Shown: in pieces, positions 57,733 to 64,000 of the stretch
Layout: each line of letters begins with the position of its first letter
How positions within the stretch are numbered: the first letter of the stretch is position 1
Source of the DNA: Cyanophora paradoxa CCMP329
Taxonomy: Eukaryota; Plantae; Glaucophyta
Reading direction: 5' to 3'
DNA length: 64,000 nt
Assembly: GCA_004431415.1 (NCBI GenBank)
Contig: QPMI01000477.1
Span: forward strand, 124,001 to 188,000
Made by a program: the position numbers and the translations under genes
The notes under the pieces: generated by a model
Databases searched by the model: none
Seen by the model: only the letters and a program-made list of their open reading frames with translations
What the model was told of the DNA's origin: nothing

Positions 57733-60700
57733 TCAGCACTCGGGGAAGGAGGCGGTCCAGCGGGAGCCGGCGACGATGGGCCCGAGGCACGCGAGCAGCC
57801 GCCGCTGCACCTCTGCCGCGCACGGGATGAACAGGAACGCCGGCGGGTGCGTCGCCAGCGTCAGCCGCACCCCTGCGGCCCCGTCAACGTCGGCCCAGAA
57901 AAGGGCGCGGGAGGGATTCGAACCCTCGACGAGGCGCAGCCGCTGCTCGAGCCGCACGACGCTCGCACAGGCGACCCGCTCGAGCTCCGCCTGCGCCCGC
58001 CGCGTTGGGGAACGGGATGCGGGGCCGGGCGGGGTACGGGCCGCACGGTCCAGGAGGCGCCACCGGCGGAGGCCGTCAGGAAGTGGAGGCGGAGGGCCGT
58101 GACCGCCACCAGGTCGTGCTCGCACACCTGTACCCCCGGCCTGAGGGGCGGTGCCCGAGGGGGGCGCGGGGCGGGCGGGGGTACCATGACGCTCTCGAAG
58201 AGGCGGTCGTCTGGGGAGGGGAGGCGGGGTGGTGGTGAGGCCGAGGCGGCGCGGGGGCGGGCGGGGCCGGGGCGGTGCACCGTCCTTGAGCTGCATGAGG
58301 TCCGACCGGACAAGGGCCTCCCGCGCCGCGCTGCCCCCGGCGTCAGACGCGCGAAAGAGAGCTCCATCCGGGCGGGGGCGGGGGGCGGGGGCGGGCCTGA
58401 GGGCGGGGTCGAAGGGGGCGACGTTGAGGAGGTAGCCGCAGGTGCGGGGCACGCGGGCGCGCCCGTCCTCCCGCAGCGCCGCGTCCTCCTCCACCGCGTG
58501 CGCCAGGCCCTCTGCCCAGCGAGCCTCGCTCAGGCCGGGAGGGCGGGTCGGGCGGGGCGGGGCGGGGCGTGCGGACCGGAGAGCTTGGCGAGGGCGGCGA
58601 AGGCGCCGAGGGCCGGCTGCACGGCGAGGCCCAGCGCCGCCCCCGCGAACGCCAGCGCCGCCCCACCTGGCGCGGGCTCGAGCGAGGGAGGGGCGGGAGG
58701 CGAGGCGGGGCGGGGCGGGCTCGGGGTACGCGCACGGGGCCGCGGCGGCGGGCGGACCAGACGGGCTTGGAGACGAGGCCGGCGACGGCCCCCGCGGCGC
58801 GGATCGCGAGGATCTTGGCGCCCTGGCGCGCCCCCTCGCCCGGCGTCAGCGGCACCTGCGCGCCCCGCGCCGCTCAGGCGCAGCCCAGGCGAGCGGGAGC
58901 GGGTGGGGGCTACGCGGGCCTGGAGCTCCTCGCGGGCGATGGCGCGGGCGAACCAGGAGCGGCGCGAGGGGCCGAAGAGCGCCGCCTTCGCAAGCGTCCC
59001 TGCGCCCGCCCCCGCGTCAGATCGGACGAGATCGAATTCGAGGGCCGCCCGCGGGCAGCGGGGCGCACCTGCGATCTTGTGCGTCGTGCGCGCCGTGCCC
59101 GCTAGGATGGATAGCGCCAGCGAGCGGCTCGCCTGCGCGGCGGGGGTACCGTGGGGAACGAGAAGGAGGGGTACGGGGGAAGTGGGACCTCGGAGAGGCC
59201 GGCGGAGGACTCCATTCGCGACGTGAGCAGCTGCCGCGGCGGTTCAGGGGCAATGAAAGACAACGCGGGGTACGGCGTGCCATTTGGGTCGACGAGAGCA
59301 CATCGCGGAGGCCCCCCTGCAGGGGTACGAGAGTCGGTTGGGGAAGAGAGGGCTGCGGGGGTACAAAGACACGCCTTGACACCGTCGAGGAGGGCGAGGG
59401 GGTCGCCCAGGATATCCAGCCGCCCCAGGACCTTGCCGGGGAGCGCGGGTTCGAGTCCCGCACGGGCCGGTTCTCGGGAATGGGGGTACAACAGCGCGCA
59501 CCTGGCCGAGGGCGGCGCGGACCTCCGCGCGGTAGAACATCGCGAACTGTACCCCAGAGCGTCAGGGGGGTACGCACACGGCGCTTGGAGGAAAGGGGGG
59601 TACGGTGCGGGCCTGGAGGAGGACGACCTCGGGGAGGCCGTAGGCGTCGGAGGCCTCCAGCTTTCCCACCGCCAGCGGAACCTGCGCCCGCCGCCGGCTC
59701 GGCTCGGGGGGTACGGGGAGTCGGAGCCATGGGGGGGTACGGGGCACGCCTTCTCGAGGTTGAGGAGCGCGGCGCCGAAGTCGTGCAGCAGGTCCGCCAT
59801 GAAGTGGTACCTAGGGGGAAGTCAGGGGGGTACAGGACGGAGCAGGGGTACGTGTGCGGCGCGCCTGCGGAGCTCGACGGAGGCGGAGGGGGACGCCTTC
59901 ACGGTCACGAAGAGCTCCAGGGGGGCCACCAGGAGGCTCTGGGGTACGGCGATTGGTTCGTGCGGGCGGCGGAGTGGGGGCGGGCAGGAAGGCGGGGGGT
60001 GGGCGCCTCGATGTAGACGCGCTTGGGCGGGGGCACGAGGGGCGAGCCGTGGCCGGGAGCCCCCGGCATCTCGCCCTCTGCCGGCCGCTCAGGTTCTGGG
60101 AAGAGGGGGGGAGGGAGCGGGCGCGGGGTACCCGGGGCGGGGAGGGAGGCGTGGGTGTCGCCGCGGCCGGCGATGGCCGACAGGTCGGCCTGCGGCGGCC
60201 TCAGCCTCAGCCTGCCGGCTTCAAAAAGGGACCGGGGGCGTGGGGCGGGCCTTGAGGCGGCGGAAGAGGAAGAGGCAGAAGCGGATGAGCTCCACGATGA
60301 GCTCCTCGTGCAGCCGCAGGTCCTGCGCCGCACCCGTCGGCGGCAGGGGGAAGGGGGGAAAAAGCATGGGGGTACGAGGGGTGCGATTGTGAGGTAGATC
60401 TCGCGGAGGTGGACCACCTGTGGGGCGGCGGGCGGGCGGGGCCGGCTCAGAGTTGAAGGGAGAGGAGCGGGGGCGGGGCGGGGTGGGGACCTCGCCGCCC
60501 TCGGCGGCCTGCTCGAGACCGAACTCGAGGGCCGCTCCCGCCCCCTCCGCCGTCGGCACAGACCGCGCGATGTCCGCCCACGCGCTCTGCGAGGGAGGCT
60601 CGGATGCGAGGGAGGGGGAGGGCGGGGGAGTGAGTACCCCCGGGTTGAGGGAGCTGTCGCGGTGCAGGCGCCGCGGGGGGCCGAAGAGGACCTGCGGGGG

Positions 60701-63700
60701 CCCTTGAGCGGCCGGGGGCGGAGGCTCCGGGGCGGAGGCGCGCTGGCTCGCCTGGAAGCCCGGGCGCATGAAGCGGCAGTTGTCGCACTGCAGGGACGCC
60801 ACCCGCGCCACCACCTGCACCCCCGCGCCGATCGGGCCGGGCCGCCCCGGGCGTGCAAGCTGAGAGGGCGGAGGGCGGCGCGGACCTGCCGGGAGCCGCC
60901 GTTGAGCTTGACGGCCGCCACGATGCCCTCCGCCGCCAGGTGCAGCACCTGCCGCGGAGTGGGCCCCCCCGCCCCGCCCCGCGCGGCCCGGGCCCCCGCC
61001 GACCTCCGAGGCGTGGTTGGAGAAGACGGAGACGTGCACGCCTGCCGCCCCGCTCGTGAGCCCGGATCGAGGGCTCCCGCAGGGCCGCCCCCTCAGAAGG
61101 CGGGGCCGCACCGGCGATCTCGAGCTCGGCGCTGACGGTGCCGGGGGCATCCTCCTCCTCCTCCCCGGCCCCCTCCGCCTCCACCTGCCCCCCAGGCCCG
61201 TCGATGGGGAGGAAGGGAAGAGAGGGGCGGCGGAGGGAGGACCTGGTGGGTGGAGGCCTTGCGGCGGAAGGGCCCGCGGGGCGGGGCGGCGCCCGGCAGG
61301 GGCGCCGGCGTCGGCCCGTGGTCGCTCGCCTCGCCAGGGCCCAGCACCGCGCCCCGCCGCCGGCTGCCGTTCCGGCCCGCGGGATCAGCCCCAGCCGAAG
61401 CAAAGCGGGAGCCGGCTCGCGGACCTCGGGTCGAAGGCGCCGGCGCGCTGGCTCGCGTCCAGCGGCTCCCCCGGGGCGTACGTCGACGCCGCCGGCTGCG
61501 CGCGCCGGCTCAGAAGGAAGGGGGTACAGGAAAGACGACGGGGCGGGGCGGGGCGGGGGCGGGCCTGGAGGGAGGGGTCCATGCGGATGGCGGGCGACTC
61601 GGGCGCCGGGCTCGAGCCCCCCCGCCTCCCCCCGAAGATCTGCCCCCGGCCCGGGCGTCACTCGGGCCGTTCCGAGGGCGCGCGGCGCGCGGCCCATCCA
61701 AGGCTTCGGGGGGCGGGCGCCGCGCTGCTCGCCTGGGCGGCGGCGCCCTCGAGGTAGGAGAGGCCGGCGGCGACGCCCCCGACGAACGAGCCGAAACGCG
61801 GCAGCGGCCGCGCGCGCGGCGCCGACCCCGCCGGCGACGCCTCGGCCGCCTGCCGGCGCCCGTCAGGGCGCTCGAGGAAGCGGAGGGCGGGAGGGAAGCG
61901 GGCGGGCCTCGCGGGGGGCGGCGGCGCCGAAGACGACGCGGAGGACGCGCTGCGAGCCCTTCGCCTCGATCTGCGCCCGCACGCACGGCCCGCCCCGCTC
62001 CCGCTCCCCGGGGAACGTCACCGCCCCCAGCCGCGTCGGCTGCGCGCGCCGCCCGGCCGGCGTCCCATCAGAAGGGCTGAGTGCGAGGGAGATGGGGCGG
62101 GCACCTTGCGGATGGCGACCTCGGAGGGCTGGCCGCTGCCGAAGAGCGGGGGCACGCGGAGGCAGATGGCGGGCAGCGCGCCGCCCTCGGGGCGCGGGTT
62201 GTCCCAGCAGAAGGGCTGCCACTTGCGCGCCCCCACCACCAGCCGCCCCGCCGCCTCCTCCCCTGGTCGCCCGCGCACGCCGTAAGAGGAATCTTTTCAG
62301 AGCTCGGGGCGGAGCGGATCGCACCCTCCTGCCAGACCTCGATCTCGACGGGGAGGTGGTTGGAGACGCGGAAGGGCGCCGTCTCCTCCCTGTCGAAGAA
62401 GACGTGCAGGCACGGCCTGCGCCGCGCGACGCGGGGTCGAGGTTGAGGGGCGCGGCCGGCGGCGCGCGGGAGGAGAAGACGAAGCTCGAGCGGACCCCTG
62501 GAGCTCGATGTAGATGGCGAGGAGGGCGGCGGGGGCGCCCGCCGCGTCCCGCAGCTGCAGCACGATGAGGTCCGCCTTCGAGACCGGCACCGGCGGCGAC
62601 CAGTGGCTGTGCAAAAGCTACAATGAGCACGCGAGAGGCGCGGGGCGGGGCGGGGCGGGGCGGGCCTGAGGTTGTCGCCGGCGAGGCGGAGCTGGAGGGC
62701 GCGCCTGCCCTCGCCCGGCCAGCGCCACACGTGCGTCTCCCCGGGCTGCAGCGCACGAGGGCGACGCGGTGCGGTGAGACGGACCGAGAACCGAAGCGAG
62801 GGGAAGGGCGGGGCGGGGCGGGGGACCTGGAGGTGGAGGGAGGGGGCGACGTCGGCGTCGTCGTAGAGGACGGAGCGGGCGACCAGCGGCGGGCCGCTCC
62901 GGTTCGTCACCACCCACTTCGGCAGCTGCGGGGCGGGGTCGAGGCGTTGGGCTGGGGTTGGGACTAGGTTGAGGTCTCAGGCACGCACGACGAGGGCGCG
63001 GCGGGTGAGGGCCGAGCCGGTGCCGATCCAGGCGAGGGAGGGCGGGTCCACCCACACGCCCACCTGCATCCAGGTTTCAGCGGGGGGGCCGAGGGCGTGG
63101 GCGTGGGCGGGGCGGGGCGGGGCGGGGCGGGGCGGGCCTCCTCGCCGGAGCGGTACTCGACGCGGGAGACCTCGTCCCGCCTCGCGTGGTCCGCGTCCGC
63201 CCTGCGGGCCACGCAGGCCAGCCGCCCCGCCCGTGCCCGTGAGCGGCGACGCGGGGAGGGGCGGGGCGGGGCGGGGCGGGGCGGACCCCTTCGGGGGCGG
63301 GATGACGAGCGTCGCGTCGTTGCCGTCCAGCGCCAGCGGCCGCGAGAAGCTTCCGGGGCGTTAGAAGCTTCGAAATTAAAGGCGTCAGGGGCGGGCGGAC
63401 CTGACGCGGGACTCGAGGCCCTCCATCTCGGCCGGCCGCGCCAGGCAGAGGCGCGCCGCGTGGATCGCCCCGCCCACGCCCCGCGTCCCCTCCGCCAGGA
63501 TCGGGAAGGGCGCCGACCCGCCCGGCGCGATGCTCAGCGGCGCGACGCCCTGCGGTGGCCCTTAATCAGCTGCCACCTGCAACCCCCCCGCCCCTCTTCG
63601 AAGCTGCGGCGGGCCTTGGAGCGGGCGTCGTAGGCGAGGAGGGGCTCGGCGGTGCGGTTGACGAGGAGGTAGGGGAGGACCAGCGCCGCCTTGCGCGTCG

Positions 63701-64000
63701 TCGAGACCACCGCTGCGCCCCCGCTGCGTGAGGCGCGCGGCGGAGGTGCGGAGGGCAGGAGCGCGGGGCACCGCCGATGGTGCCGCCGACGCGGTCCGGG
63801 AGCGAGGCGCGCCCGAGCTGCAGCCGTCATCGGAAACGCGGAAAGAGCGGAGGGCAGCGGGGGCCAGCGGGGCGCGGGAGCGGACCTGGCCCTCGGAGCG
63901 TGTGACGACGAAGAGGGCGACGCAGGCGCCGCCCCCGATGGGCGCCAGCACGCACCCCGCCCGGCTCGCCTCCCGGTACCGCCCCACCCGCACCTGTCTC
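57733..64000 (-). CDS. VPS13: VPS13-family bridge-like lipid transfer protein, C-terminal part; runs off the window end
   Basis: VAB/SHR-BD repeats (PYLLVNRTAEPL, WVVTNRSG, WSPPVPV, APFRVSNHLPVEIEVWQ, QPFCWDNP). VPS13_C region: LEIAG/VHVSVFS..E/VLHL, VASLQCDN, DLRLHEELIVELIRF, KRVYIE, VLGRLDILGDPLALL. ATG2_C-like Gly/Ala helices (GAVAGLVSKP, GLAVQPALGAFAAL) and a PH-like end with stop at 57733. Subfamily not assigned. Confidence 0.85.

Noticed and set aside
57903-57995. tRNA-like T-arm GAGGG-TTCGAAT-CCCTC on the minus strand
   Set aside because: It lies inside the last VPS13 exon (LVEGSNPSRA), with no box A, D-arm or anticodon stem and a mismatched acceptor stem.
59445-59461. T-arm-like hairpin GCGGG-TTCGAGT-CCCGC on the plus strand
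   Set aside because: An isolated 17-nt hairpin in a short VPS13 intron; the upstream sequence is antisense exon and forms no cloverleaf.
3158-63993. Hundreds of long Arg/Pro/Gly/Ala-rich ORFs in the six-frame track (e.g. 37479-39992, 9237-11246, 21942-23858)
   Set aside because: Shadow or intron-read-through ORFs caused by stop-codon scarcity at very high GC; the real proteins switch frames at introns.
12024-64000. Functional membrane-trafficking cluster (C2CD5, calpain, SVIP, myosin, VPS13)
   Set aside because: The genes are interspersed with unrelated ones (INTS9, WD40, SR-like), and broad functional similarity is expected by chance in eukaryotic gene order.

Overview
Eukaryotic nuclear DNA from a very GC-rich, intron-dense microbial eukaryote. 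Introns are about 50-110 nt, C-rich on the sense strand, with CTGAC/CTCAC-type branch points and many GC-AG junctions. The style resembles glaucophyte or haptophyte-type genomes, but the organism cannot be fixed from sequence. The six-frame ORF track is mostly shadow ORFs, so I rebuilt genes by hand-splicing; internal exon boundaries are approximate. In order the window holds: an unknown multi-pass membrane protein (-), a 59-aa tandem-repeat disordered protein (+), an intronless single-TM coiled-coil protein (-), C2CD5 (-), a calpain with a C-terminal C2-like domain (+), Integrator subunit 9 (-), a WD40 protein (+), an F-box/LRR protein (-), an SVIP-like p97 adaptor (+), a myosin-VI-like motor (+), a four-gene cluster of divergent RRM-RS-coiled-coil (SR-like) proteins at 40.7-56.9 kb, and the 3' half of a VPS13 gene (-). 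The most interesting signals are: (1) the mosaic SR-like gene cluster; (2) a myosin carrying the class-VI 'reverse gear' insert-2 signature; (3) kb-scale patches of GGGGTAC/GTACCCC inside gene bodies; (4) frequent GC donors, some lacking the usual exonic AG; (5) palindrome-rich lower-GC compartments; and (6) repeated head-to-head gene pairing. I found no tRNA, rRNA, CRISPR array or transposase.
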